Assembly (NCBI GenBank): GCA_964016885.1
Contig: OZ024741.1
Coordinates: 247,132,001-247,196,000 of the forward strand
DNA length: 64,000 bases
Direction of reading: 5' to 3'
Source of the DNA: Eledone cirrhosa
Lineage: Eukaryota
A program made the translations under genes and the position numbers. The stretch's first letter is position 1. Every line of letters starts with the position of its first letter. The notes beneath the pieces were generated by a model, which ran no database searches, was not told the DNA's origin, and saw nothing but the letters and a program-made list of their open reading frames with translations. Of this stretch, positions 26,501 through 40,799 are shown one piece after another.

Positions 26501-27246
26501 TTTACAAATTATCTCCCCCTGATTTTTTTTACAAATTATCTCCGCCTGATTTTTTTAAATATTATCTCTCCTTGGCTGGCGGGAAATTATCTCCCCTTGG
26601 ACGGCTGGAAATTATCTCCCCTTGGAAGGATGGAAATTATCTCCCCTTGGACGGCTAGAAATTATCTCTCTTTGGACGGCTGGAAATTATCACCCCTTGA
26701 GTTTTTTACAAATTATCTCCCCCTGATTTTTTTTACAAATCTCCCAGTGATTTTTAAAAAAAAATTATCTCCCCTTCGCTGGCTGGAAATTATCTCCCCT
26801 TGGACGCTGGAAATTATAGCCCCTTGGAGGGCTTGAAATTATCTTCCCTTGGACGGCTGGAAATTATCTCCCCTTGATTTTTTTTTACAAATTATCTCCC
26901 CCTGATTTTTTTTTACAAATTATCTCCCCCTGATTTTTTTTACAACTTATCTGCGCCTGATTTTTTTAAAAAAATTATCTCCCCTTGGACGGCTGGAAAT
27001 TATCTCCCCTTGGACGGCTGGAAATTATCTCTCCTTGGACGGCTAGAATTTACCTCTCCTTGGACGGCTGAAAATTATCTCCCCTTGGACGGCTGGAAAT
27101 TATCTCCCCTTGATTTTTTTTACAAATTATCTCCCCCGGATTTTTTTTTACGAATTATCTCCCCCTGATTTTTTTTTACAAATTATCTCCCCCTGATTTT
27201 TTTTTACAAATTATCTCCCCCTGATTTTTTTACAAATTATCTCCCC
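21910..27246 (+). repeat. Tandem duplication, unit 2631 bp
   Basis: 22038/24669, 22381/25012, 23233/25864 and 23966/26597 all differ by 2631. The copies diverge after 24615/27246. Confidence 0.9.
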
Positions 27247-30200
27247 TTGGCTGGCTGGAAATTATCTCCCCTAGGAGGCTGGAACTTATCTCCCCTTGGA
27301 CGGCTAGAAATTACCTCTCTTTGGACGGCTGGAAAATATGTCTCCTTGGACGGCTGGATATTATCTCCCCTTGGACGGCTGGAAATTATCTCCCCTTGGA
27401 CGGCTGGAAATTATCTCCCCTTGGATGGCTAGATATTACCTCCCCTTGGACGGCTGGAAATTATCTCCCCTTGATTTTTTTTACAAATTATCTCCCCCTG
27501 ATTTTTTTTTACAAATTATCTCCCCCGATTTTTTTTTACAAATTATCTCCCCCTGATTTTTTTTTACAAATTATCTCCCCCTGATTTTTGTTTACAAATT
27601 ATCTCCCCTTGGACGGCTGGAAATTATCTCCCCTTGGACGGCTAGAAATTACCTCTCCTTGGACGGCTGAAAATTATCCTCCCTTGGACGGCTGGAAATT
27701 ATCTCCCCTTGATTTTTTTACAAATTATCTCCCCCTGATTTTTTTTTTACAAATTATCTCACCCTGATTTTTTTTACAAATTATCTACCCCTGATTTTTT
27801 TTTACAAATTATCTCCCCCTGATTTTTTTTACAAATTATCTCCCACTGATTTTTTTTTTACAAATTATCTCCCCCTGATTTTTTTACAAATTATCTCCCC
27901 CTGATTTTTTTTACAAATTATATCCGCCTGATTTTTTTTTACAAATTATCTCCCCCTGATTTTTTTACAAATTATCTCCCCCTGATTTTTTTTACAAATT
28001 ATCTCCGCCTGATTTTTTTAAATATTATCTCTCCTTGGCTGGCGGGAAATTATCTCCCCTTGGACGGCTGGAAATTATCTCCCCTTGGAAGGATGGAAAT
28101 TATCTCCCCTTGGACGGCTGGAAATTATCTACCCCTGATTTTTTTTATAAATTATCTCCCCCTGATTTTTTTACAAATTATCTCCCCCTGATTTTTTTTA
28201 CAAATTATCTCCGCCTGATTTTTTTTACAAATTATCTCCCCCTGATTTTTTTTACAAATTATCTCCCCCTGATTTTTTTTTTACAAATTATCTCCCCCTG
28301 ATTTTTTTACAAATTATCTCCCCCTGATTTTTTTTTACAAATTATCTCCCCCTGATTTTTTTACAAATTATCTCCCCTTGGCTGGCTGGAAATTATCTCC
28401 CCTTGGAGGCAGGAACTTATCTCCCCTTGGACGGCTAGAAATTACCTCTCCTTGGACGGCTGGAAAATATGTCTCCTTGGACGGCTGGATATTATCTCCC
28501 CTTGGACGGCTGGAAATTATCTCCCCTTGGACGGCTGGAAATTATCTCCCCTTGGATGGCTAGATATTACCTCCCCTTGGACGGCTGGAAATTATCTCCC
28601 CTTGATTTTTTTTACAAATTATCTCCCCCTGATTTTTTTTTACAAATTATCTCCCCCTGATTTTTTTTTACAAATTATCTCCCCCTGATTTTTGTTTACA
28701 AATTATCTCCGCCTGATTTTTTTAAAAAAATTATCTCCCCTTGGACGGCTGGAAATTATCTCCCCTTGGACGGCTAGAAATTACCTCCTTGGACGGCTGA
28801 AAATTATCTCCCCTTGGACGGCTGGAAATTATCTCCCCTTGATTTTTTTACAAATTATCTCCCCCTGATTTTTTTTTTACAAATTATCTCCCCCTGATTT
28901 TTTTTACAAATTATCTACCCCTGATTTTTTTTTACAAATTATCTCCCCCTAATTTTTTTTACAAATTATCTCCCCTGATTTTTTTTTACAAATTATCTCC
29001 CCCTGATTTTTTTACAAATTATCTCCCCCTGATTTTTTTTACAAATTATCTCCGCCTGATTTTTTTAAATATTATCTCTCCTTGGCTGGCGGGAAATTAT
29101 CTCCCCTTGGACGGCTGGAAATTATCTCCCCTTGGAAGGATGGAAATTATCTCCCCTTGGACGGCTGGAAATTATCTACCCCTGATTTTTTTTACAAATT
29201 ATCTCCCCCTGATTTTTTTACAAATTATCTCCCCCTGATTTTTTTTACAAATTATCTCCGCCTGATTTTTTTAAATGTTATCTCTCCTTGGCTGGCGGGA
29301 AATTATCTCCCCTTGGACGGCTGGAAATTATCTCCCCTTGGAAGGATGGAAATTATCTCCCCTTGGACGGCTGGAAATTATCTACCCCTGATTTTTTTTA
29401 CAAATTATCTCCCCCTGATTTTTTATACAAATTATCTCCCCCTGATTTTTTTTTACAAATTATCTACCCCTGATTTTTTTACAAATTATCTCCCCTTGGC
29501 TGGCTGGAAATTATCTCCCCTTGGACGGCTAGAAATTACCTCTCCTTGGACGGCTGAAAATTATCTCCCCTTGGACGGCTGGAAATTATCTCCCCTTGAT
29601 TTTTTTACAAATTATCTCCCCCTGATTTTTTTTTTACAAATTATCTCCCCCTGATTTTTTTTTACAAATTATCTACCCCTGATTTTTTTTTACAAATTAT
29701 CTCCCCTAGATTTTTTTTACAAATTATCTCCCCCTGATTTTTTTTACAAATTATCTCCCCCTGATTTTTTTTTACAAATTATCTCCCCCTGATTTTTGTT
29801 TACAAATTATCTCCGCCTGATTTTTTTAAAAAAATTATCTCCCCTTGGACGGCTGGAAATTATCTCCCCTTGGACGGCTAGAAATTACCTCTCCTTGGAC
29901 GGCTGAAAATTATCTCCCCTTGGACGGCTGGAAATTATCTCCCCTTGATTTTTTTACAAATTATCTCCGCCTGATTTTTTTTTTACAAATTATCTCCCCC
30001 TGATTTTTTTTTACAAATTATCTCCCCCTGATTTTTTTTTACAAATTATTTCCCCCTGATTTTTTTTTACAAATTATCTCCCCCTAATTTTTTTTTACAA
30101 ATTATCTCCCCCTAATTTTTTTACAAATTATCTCCCCTTGGCTGGCTGGAAATTATCTCCCCTTGGAGGCTGGAACTTATCTCCCCTTGGACGGCTAGAA

Positions 30201-33200
30201 ATTACGTCTCCTTGGACGGCTGGAAAATATGTCTCCTTGGACGGCTGGATATTATCTCCACTTGGACGGCTGGAAATTATCTCCCCTTGGACGGCTGGAA
30301 ATTATCTCCCCTTGGATGGCTAGATATTACCTCCCCTTGGACGGCTGGAAATTATCTCCCCTTGATTTTTTTTACAAATTATCTCCCCCTGATTTTTTTT
30401 TACAAATTATCTCCCCCTGATTTTTTTTTACAAATTATCTCCCCCTGATTTTTGTTTACAAATTATCTCCGCCTGATTTTTTTAAAAAAATTATCTCCCC
30501 TTGGACGGCTGCAAATTATCTCCCCTTGGACGGCTAGAAATTACCTCTCCTTGGACGGCTGAAAATTATCTCCCCTTGGACGGCTGGAAATTATCTCCCC
30601 TTGATTTTTTTACAAATTATCTCCCCCTGATTTTTTTTTACAAATTATCTCCCCCTGATTTTTTTTTACAAATTATCTCCCCCTGATTTTTTTACAAATT
30701 ATCTCCCCCTGATTTTTTTTACAAATTATCTCCGCCTGATTTTTTTAAATATTATCTCTCCTTGGCTGGCGGGAAATTATCTCCCCTTGGACGGCTGGAA
30801 ATTATCTCCCCTTGGAAGGGTGGAAATTATCTCCCCTTGGACGGCTGGAAATTATCTACCCCTGATTTTTTTTACAAATTATCTCCCCCTAATTTTTTTA
30901 CAAATTATCTCCCCCTGATTTTTTTTACAAATTATCTCCGCCTGATTTTTTTAAATGTTATCTCTCCTTGGCTGGCGGGAAATTATCTCCCCTTGGACGG
31001 CTGGAAATTATCTCCCCTTGGAAGGATGGAAATTATCTCCCCTTGGAGGGCTGAAAATTATCTACCCCTGATTTTTTTTACAAATTATCTCCCCCTGATT
31101 TTTTTTTTACAAATTATCTCCCCCTGATTTTTTTACAAATTATCTCCCCCTGATTTTTTTTTTACAAATTATCTCCCCCTGATTTTTTTACAAATTATCT
31201 CCCCTTGGCTGGCTGGAAATTATCTCCCCTTGGAGGCAGGAACTTATCTCCCCTTGGACGGCTAGAAATTACCTCTCCTTGGACGGCTGGAAAATATGTC
31301 TCCTTGGACGGCTGGATATTATCTCCCCTTGGACGGCTGGAAATTATCTCCCCTTGGACGGCTGGAAATTATCTACCCCTGATTTTTTTTACAAATTATC
31401 TCCCCCTGATTTTTTTTACAAATTATCTCCCCCTGATTTTTTTTTACAAATTATCTACCCCTGATTTTTTTACAAATTATCTCCCCTTGGCTGGCTGGAA
31501 ATTATCTCCCCTTGGACGGCTAGAAATTACCTCTCCTTGGACGGCTGAAAATTATCTCCCCTTGGACGGCTGGAAATTATCTCCCCTTGATTTTTTTACA
31601 AATTATCTCCCCCTGATTTTTTTTTTACAAATTATCTCCCCCTGATTTTTTTTTACAAATTATCTACCCCTGATTTTTTTTTACAAATTATCTCCCCTTG
31701 ATTTTTTTTACAAATTATCTCCCCCTGATTTTTTTTACAAATTATCTCCCCCTGATTTTTTTTTACAAATTATCTCCCCCTGATTTTTGTTTACAAATTA
31801 TCTCCGCCTGATTTTTTTTTTACAAATTATCTCCCCCTGATTTTTTTTTACAAATTATCTCCCCCTGATTTTTTTTTACAAATTATCTCCCCCTGATTTT
31901 TTTTTACAAATTATCTCCCCCTAATTTTTTTTTACAAATTATCTCCCCCTAATTTTTTTACAAATTATCTCCCCTTGGCTGGCTGGAAATTATCTCCCCT
32001 TGGAGGCTGGAACTTATCTCCCCTTGGACGGCTAGAAATTACGTCTCCTTGGACGGCTGGAAAATATGTCTCCTTGGACGGCTGGATATTATCTCCCCTT
32101 GGACGGCTGGAAATTATCTCCCCTTGGACGGCTGGAAATTATCTCCCCTTGGATGGCTAGATATTACCTCCCCTTGGACGGCTGGAAATTATCTGCCCTT
32201 GATTTTTTTTACAAATTATCTCCCCCTGATTTTTTTTTACAAATTATCTCCCCCTGATTTTTTTTTACAAATTATCTCCCCCTGATTTTTGTTTACAAAT
32301 TATCTCCGCCTGATTTTTTTAAAAAAATTATCTCCCCTTGGACGGCTGGAAATTATCTCCCCTTGGACGGCTAGAAATTACCTCTCCTTGGACGGCTGAA
32401 AATTATCTCCCCTTGGACGGCTGGAAATTATCTCCCCTTGATTTTTTTACAAATTATCTCCCCCTGATTTTTTTTTACAAATTATCTCCCCCTGATTTTT
32501 TTTTACAAATTATCTACCCCTGATTTTTTTTTACAAATTATCTCCCCCTGATTTTTTTTACAAATTATCTCCCCCTGATTTTTTTTTACAAATTATCTCC
32601 CCCTGATTTTTTTACAAATTATCTCCCCCTGATTTTTTTTACAAATTATCTCCGCCTGATTTTTTTAAATATTATCTCTCCTTGGCTGGCGGGAAATTAT
32701 CTCCCCTTGAAGGGCTGAAAATTATCTCCCCTTGGACGGCTGGAAATTATCTCCCCTTGATTTTTTTTACAAATTATCTCCCCCTGATTTTTTTTTACAA
32801 ATTATCTCCCCCTGATTTTTTTTACAAATTATCTCCCCCTGATTTTTTTTTACAAATTATCTGCCGCTGATTTTTTTTACAAATTATCTCCCCCTGATTT
32901 TTTTACAAATTATCTCCCCTTGGCTGGCTGGAAATTACCTCCCCTTGGAGGCTGGAATTTATCTCCCCTTGGACGGCTAGAAATTACCTCTCCTTGGACG
33001 GCTGGAAAATATGTCTCCTTGGACGGCTGGATATTATCTCCCCTTGGACGGCTGGAAATTATCTCCCCTTGGACGGCTGGAAATTATCTCCCCTTGGACG
33101 GATAGATATTACCTCCCCTTGGACGGCTGGAAATTATCTCCCCTTGGACGGCTGGAAATTATCTCCCCATGGACGGCTGGAAATTATCTCCCCTTGGACG

Positions 33201-36200
33201 GCTAGAAATTATCTCTCCTTGGACGGCTGAAAATTATCTCCCCTTGGACGGCTGGAAATTATCTCCCGTTGGACGGCTGGAAATTATCTCGCCTTGGACG
33301 GCTAGAATTTACCTCTCCTTGGACGGCTGAAAATTATCTCCCCTTGGACGGCTGGAAATTATCTCCCCTTGATTTTTTTTACAAATTATCTCCCCCTGAT
33401 TTTTTTTTACAAATTATCTCCCCCTGATTTTTTTTTACAAATTATCTCCCCCTGATTTTTTTTTACAAATTATCTCCCCCTGATTTTTTTTACAAATTAT
33501 CTCCCCCCTGATTTTTTAACAAATTATCTCCCCTTGGCTGGCTGGAAATTATCTCCCCTTGGAGGCTGGAACTTATCTCCCCTTGGACGGCTAGAAATTA
33601 CCTCTCCTTGGACGGCTGGAAAATATGTCTCCTTGGACGGCTGGATATTATCTCCCCTTGGACGGCTGGAAATTATCTCCCCTTGGACGGCTGGAAATTA
33701 TCTCCCCTTGGATGGCTAGATATTACCTCCCCTTGGACGGCTGGAAATTATCTCCCTTTGATTTTTTTTACAAATTATCTCCCCCTGATTTTTTTTTACA
33801 AATTATCTCCCCCTGATTTTTTTTTACAAATTATCTCCCCCTGATTTTTGTTTACAAATTATCTCCGCCTGATTTTTTTTTAAAAATTATCTCCCCTTGG
33901 ACGGCTGGAAATTATCTCCCCTTGGACGGCTAGAAATTACCTCTCCTTGGACGGCTGAAAATTATCTCCCCTTGGACGGCTGGAAATTATCTCCCCTTGA
34001 TTTTTTTACAAATTATCTCCCCCTGATTTTTTTTTTACAAATTATCTCCCCCTGATTTTTTTTTACAAATTATCTACCCCTGATTTTTTTTTACAAATTA
34101 TCTCCCCCTGATTTTTTTTACAAATTATCTCCCCCTGATTTTTTTTTACAAATTATCTCCCCCTGATTTTTTTACAAATTATCTCCCCCTGATTTTTTTT
34201 ACAAATTATCTCCGCCTGATTTTTTTAAATATTATCTCTCCTTGGCTGGCGGGAAATTATCTCCCCTTGGACGGCTGGAAATTATCTCCCCTTGGAAGGA
34301 TGGAAATTATCTCCCCTTGGACGGCTAGAAATTATCTCTCTTTGGACGGCTGGAAATTATCACCCCTTGAGTTTTTTACAAATTATCTCCCCCTGATTTT
34401 TTTTACAAATCTCCCAGTGATTTTTAAAAAAAAATTATCTCCCCTTCGCTGGCTGGAAATTATCTCCCCTTGGACGCTGGAAATTATAGCCCCTTGGAGG
34501 GCTTGAAATTATCTTCCCTTGGACGGCTGGAAATTATCTCCCCTTGATTTTTTTTTACAAATTATCTCCCCCTGATTTTTTTTTACAAATTATCTCCCCC
34601 TGATTTTTTTTACAACTTATCTGCGCCTGATTTTTTTAAAAAAATTATCTCCCCTTGGACGGCTGGAAATTATCTCCCCTTGGACGGCTGGAAATTATCT
34701 CTCCTTGGACGGCTAGAATTTACCTCTCCTTGGACGGCTGAAAATTATCTCCCCTTGGACGGCTGGAAATTATCTCCCCTTGATTTTTTTTACAAATTAT
34801 CTCCCCCGGATTTTTTTTTACGAATTATCTCCCCCTGATTTTTTTTTACAAATTATCTCCCCCTGATTTTTTTTTACAAATTATCTCCCCCTGATTTTTT
34901 TACAAATTATCTCCCCTTGGCTGGCTGGAAATTATCTCCCCTAGGAGGCTGGAACTTATCTCCCCTTGGACGGCTAGAAATTACCTCTCTTTGGACGGCT
35001 GGAAAATATGTCTCCTTGGACGGCTGGATATTATCTCCCCTTGGACGGCTGGAAATTATCTCCCCTTGGACGGCTGGAAATTATCTCCCCTTGGATGGCT
35101 AGATATTACCTCCCCTTGGACGGCTGGAAATTATCTCCCCTTGATTTTTTTTACAAATTATCTCCCCCTGATTTTTTTTTACAAATTATCTCCCCCGATT
35201 TTTTTTTACAAATTATCTCCCCCTGATTTTTTTTTACAAATTATCTCCCCCTGATTTTTGTTTACAAATTATCTCCCCTTGGACGGCTGGAAATTATCTC
35301 CCCTTGGACGGCTAGAAATTACCTCTCCTTGGACGGCTGAAAATTATCCTCCCTTGGACGGCTGGAAATTATCTCCCCTTGATTTTTTTACAAATTATCT
35401 CCCCCTGATTTTTTTTTTACAAATTATCTCACCCTGATTTTTTTTACAAATTATCTACCCCTGATTTTTTTTTACAAATTATCTCCCCCTGATTTTTTTT
35501 ACAAATTATCTCCCACTGATTTTTTTTTTACAAATTATCTCCCCCTGATTTTTTTACAAATTATCTCCCCCTGATTTTTTTTACAAATTATATCCGCCTG
35601 ATTTTTTTTTACAAATTATCTCCCCCTGATTTTTTTACAAATTATCTCCCCCTGATTTTTTTTACAAATTATCTCCGCCTGATTTTTTTAAATATTATCT
35701 CTCCTTGGCTGGCGGGAAATTATCTCCCCTTGGACGGCTGGAAATTATCTCCCCTTGGAAGGATGGAAATTATCTCCCCTTGGACGGCTGGAAATTATCT
35801 ACCCCTGATTTTTTTTATAAATTATCTCCCCCTGATTTTTTTACAAATTATCTCCCCCTGATTTTTTTTACAAATTATCTCCGCCTGATTTTTTTTACAA
35901 ATTATCTCCCCCTGATTTTTTTTACAAATTATCTCCCCCTGATTTTTTTTTTACAAATTATCTCCCCCTGATTTTTTTACAAATTATCTCCCCCTGATTT
36001 TTTTTTACAAATTATCTCCCCCTGATTTTTTTACAAATTATCTCCCCTTGGCTGGCTGGAAATTATCTCCCCTTGGAGGCAGGAACTTATCTCCCCTTGG
36101 ACGGCTAGAAATTACCTCTCCTTGGACGGCTGGAAAATATGTCTCCTTGGACGGCTGGATATTATCTCCCCTTGGACGGCTGGAAATTATCTCCCCTTGG

Positions 36201-39200
36201 ACGGCTGGAAATTATCTCCCCTTGGATGGCTAGATATTACCTCCCCTTGGACGGCTGGAAATTATCTCCCCTTGATTTTTTTTACAAATTATCTCCCCCT
36301 GATTTTTTTTTACAAATTATCTCCCCCTGATTTTTTTTTACAAATTATCTCCCCCTGATTTTTGTTTACAAATTATCTCCGCCTGATTTTTTTAAAAAAA
36401 TTATCTCCCCTTGGACGGCTGGAAATTATCTCCCCTTGGACGGCTAGAAATTACCTCCTTGGACGGCTGAAAATTATCTCCCCTTGGACGGCTGGAAATT
36501 ATCTCCCCTTGATTTTTTTACAAATTATCTCCCCCTGATTTTTTTTTTACAAATTATCTCCCCCTGATTTTTTTTACAAATTATCTACCCCTGATTTTTT
36601 TTTACAAATTATCTCCCCCTAATTTTTTTTACAAATTATCTCCCCTGATTTTTTTTTACAAATTATCTCCCCCTGATTTTTTTACAAATTATCTCCCCCT
36701 GATTTTTTTTACAAATTATCTCCGCCTGATTTTTTTAAATATTATCTCTCCTTGGCTGGCGGGAAATTATCTCCCCTTGGACGGCTGGAAATTATCTCCC
36801 CTTGGAAGGATGGAAATTATCTCCCCTTGGACGGCTGGAAATTATCTACCCCTGATTTTTTTTACAAATTATCTCCCCCTGATTTTTTTACAAATTATCT
36901 CCCCCTGATTTTTTTTACAAATTATCTCCGCCTGATTTTTTTAAATGTTATCTCTCCTTGGCTGGCGGGAAATTATCTCCCCTTGGACGGCTGGAAATTA
37001 TCTCCCCTTGGAAGGATGGAAATTATCTCCCCTTGGACGGCTGGAAATTATCTACCCCTGATTTTTTTTACAAATTATCTCCCCCTGATTTTTTATACAA
37101 ATTATCTCCCCCTGATTTTTTTTTACAAATTATCTACCCCTGATTTTTTTACAAATTATCTCCCCTTGGCTGGCTGGAAATTATCTCCCCTTGGACGGCT
37201 AGAAATTACCTCTCCTTGGACGGCTGAAAATTATCTCCCCTTGGACGGCTGGAAATTATCTCCCCTTGATTTTTTTACAAATTATCTCCCCCTGATTTTT
37301 TTTTACAAATTATCTCCCCCTGATTTTTTTTTACAAATTATCTACCCCTGATTTTTTTTTACAAATTATCTCCCCTAGATTTTTTTTACAAATTATCTCC
37401 CCCTGATTTTTTTTACAAATTATCTCCCCCTGATTTTTTTTTACAAATTATCTCCCCCTGATTTTTGTTTACAAATTATCTCCGCCTGATTTTTTTAAAA
37501 AAATTATCTCCCCTTGGACGGCTGGAAATTATCTCCCCTTGGACGGCTAGAAATTACCTCTCCTTGGACGGCTGAAAATTATCTCCCCTTGGACGGCTGG
37601 AAATTATCTCCCCTTGATTTTTTTACAAATTATCTCCGCCTGATTTTTTTTTTACAAATTATCTCCCCCTGATTTTTTTTTACAAATTATCTCCCCCTGA
37701 TTTTTTTTTACAAATTATTTCCCCCTGATTTTTTTTTACAAATTATCTCCCCCTAATTTTTTTTTACAAATTATCTCCCCCTAATTTTTTTACAAATTAT
37801 CTCCCCTTGGCTGGCTGGAAATTATCTCCCCTTGGAGGCTGGAACTTATCTCCCCTTGGACGGCTAGAAATTACGTCTCCTTGGACGGCTGGAAAATATG
37901 TCTCCTTGGACGGCTGGATATTATCTCCACTTGGACGGCTGGAAATTATCTCCCCTTGGACGGCTGGAAATTATCTCCCCTTGGATGGCTAGATATTACC
38001 TCCCCTTGGACGGCTGGAAATTATCTCCCCTTGATTTTTTTTACAAATTATCTCCCCCTGATTTTTTTTTACAAATTATCTCCCCCTGATTTTTTTTTAC
38101 AAATTATCTCCCCCTGATTTTTGTTTACAAATTATCTCCGCCTGATTTTTTTAAAAAAATTATCTCCCCTTGGACGGCTGCAAATTATCTCCCCTTGGAC
38201 GGCTAGAAATTACCTCTCCTTGGACGGCTGAAAATTATCTCCCCTTGGACGGCTGGAAATTATCTCCCCTTGATTTTTTTACAAATTATCTCCCCCTGAT
38301 TTTTTTTTACAAATTATCTCCCCCTGATTTTTTTTTACAAATTATCTCCCCCTGATTTTTTTACAAATTATCTCCCCCTGATTTTTTTTACAAATTATCT
38401 CCGCCTGATTTTTTTAAATATTATCTCTCCTTGGCTGGCGGGAAATTATCTCCCCTTGGACGGCTGGAAATTATCTCCCCTTGGAAGGGTGGAAATTATC
38501 TCCCCTTGGACGGCTGGAAATTATCTACCCCTGATTTTTTTTACAAATTATCTCCCCCTAATTTTTTTACAAATTATCTCCCCCTGATTTTTTTTACAAA
38601 TTATCTCCGCCTGATTTTTTTAAATGTTATCTCTCCTTGGCTGGCGGGAAATTATCTCCCCTTGGACGGCTGGAAATTATCTCCCCTTGGAAGGATGGAA
38701 ATTATCTCCCCTTGGAGGGCTGAAAATTATCTACCCCTGATTTTTTTTACAAATTATCTCCCCCTGATTTTTTTTTTACAAATTATCTCCCCCTGATTTT
38801 TTTACAAATTATCTCCCCCTGATTTTTTTTTTACAAATTATCTCCCCCTGATTTTTTTACAAATTATCTCCCCTTGGCTGGCTGGAAATTATCTCCCCTT
38901 GGAGGCAGGAACTTATCTCCCCTTGGACGGCTAGAAATTACCTCTCCTTGGACGGCTGGAAAATATGTCTCCTTGGACGGCTGGATATTATCTCCCCTTG
39001 GACGGCTGGAAATTATCTCCCCTTGGACGGCTGGAAATTATCTACCCCTGATTTTTTTTACAAATTATCTCCCCCTGATTTTTTTTACAAATTATCTCCC
39101 CCTGATTTTTTTTTACAAATTATCTACCCCTGATTTTTTTACAAATTATCTCCCCTTGGCTGGCTGGAAATTATCTCCCCTTGGACGGCTAGAAATTACC

Positions 39201-40378
39201 TCTCCTTGGACGGCTGAAAATTATCTCCCCTTGGACGGCTGGAAATTATCTCCCCTTGATTTTTTTACAAATTATCTCCCCCTGATTTTTTTTTTACAAA
39301 TTATCTCCCCCTGATTTTTTTTTACAAATTATCTACCCCTGATTTTTTTTTACAAATTATCTCCCCTTGATTTTTTTTACAAATTATCTCCCCCTGATTT
39401 TTTTTACAAATTATCTCCCCCTGATTTTTTTTTACAAATTATCTCCCCCTGATTTTTGTTTACAAATTATCTCCGCCTGATTTTTTTTTTACAAATTATC
39501 TCCCCCTGATTTTTTTTTACAAATTATCTCCCCCTGATTTTTTTTTACAAATTATCTCCCCCTGATTTTTTTTTACAAATTATCTCCCCCTAATTTTTTT
39601 TTACAAATTATCTCCCCCTAATTTTTTTACAAATTATCTCCCCTTGGCTGGCTGGAAATTATCTCCCCTTGGAGGCTGGAACTTATCTCCCCTTGGACGG
39701 CTAGAAATTACGTCTCCTTGGACGGCTGGAAAATATGTCTCCTTGGACGGCTGGATATTATCTCCCCTTGGACGGCTGGAAATTATCTCCCCTTGGACGG
39801 CTGGAAATTATCTCCCCTTGGATGGCTAGATATTACCTCCCCTTGGACGGCTGGAAATTATCTGCCCTTGATTTTTTTTACAAATTATCTCCCCCTGATT
39901 TTTTTTTACAAATTATCTCCCCCTGATTTTTTTTTACAAATTATCTCCCCCTGATTTTTGTTTACAAATTATCTCCGCCTGATTTTTTTAAAAAAATTAT
40001 CTCCCCTTGGACGGCTGGAAATTATCTCCCCTTGGACGGCTAGAAATTACCTCTCCTTGGACGGCTGAAAATTATCTCCCCTTGGACGGCTGGAAATTAT
40101 CTCCCCTTGATTTTTTTACAAATTATCTCCCCCTGATTTTTTTTTACAAATTATCTCCCCCTGATTTTTTTTTACAAATTATCTACCCCTGATTTTTTTT
40201 TACAAATTATCTCCCCCTGATTTTTTTTACAAATTATCTCCCCCTGATTTTTTTTTACAAATTATCTCCCCCTGATTTTTTTACAAATTATCTCCCCCTG
40301 ATTTTTTTTACAAATTATCTCCGCCTGATTTTTTTAAATATTATCTCTCCTTGGCTGGCGGGAAATTATCTCCCCTTG
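25010..40378 (+). repeat. Tandem duplication, unit about 7.67 kb
   Basis: 25012/32682, 27247/34917 and 29082/36752 differ by 7670; 30138/37807 and 32338/40007 differ by 7669. Shared rare variants include GGCTGCAAATT, TTATCCTCCC, TTATATCCGCC and CTCCCACTGA. Confidence 0.92.
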
Positions 40379-40799
40379 GACGGCTGGAAATTATCTCCCC
40401 TTGGAAGGATGGAAATTATCTCCCCTTGGACGGCTGGAAATTATCTACCCCTGATTTTTTTTACAAATTATCTCCCCCTGATTTTTTTACAAATTATCTC
40501 CCCCTGATTTTTTTTACAAATTATCTCCGCCTGATTTTTTTAAATGTTATCTCTCCTTGGCAGGCGGGAAATTATCTCCCCTTGGAGGCTGGAACTTATC
40601 TCCCCTTGGACGGCTAGAAATTACCTCTCCTTGGACGGCTGGAAAATATGTCTCCTTGGACGGCTGGATATTATCTCCCCTTGGACGGCTGGAAATTATC
40701 TCCCCTTGGACGGCTGGAAATTATCTCCCCTTGGATGGCTAGATATTACCTCCCCTTGGACGGCTGGAAATTATCTCCCCTTGATTTTTTTTACAAATT

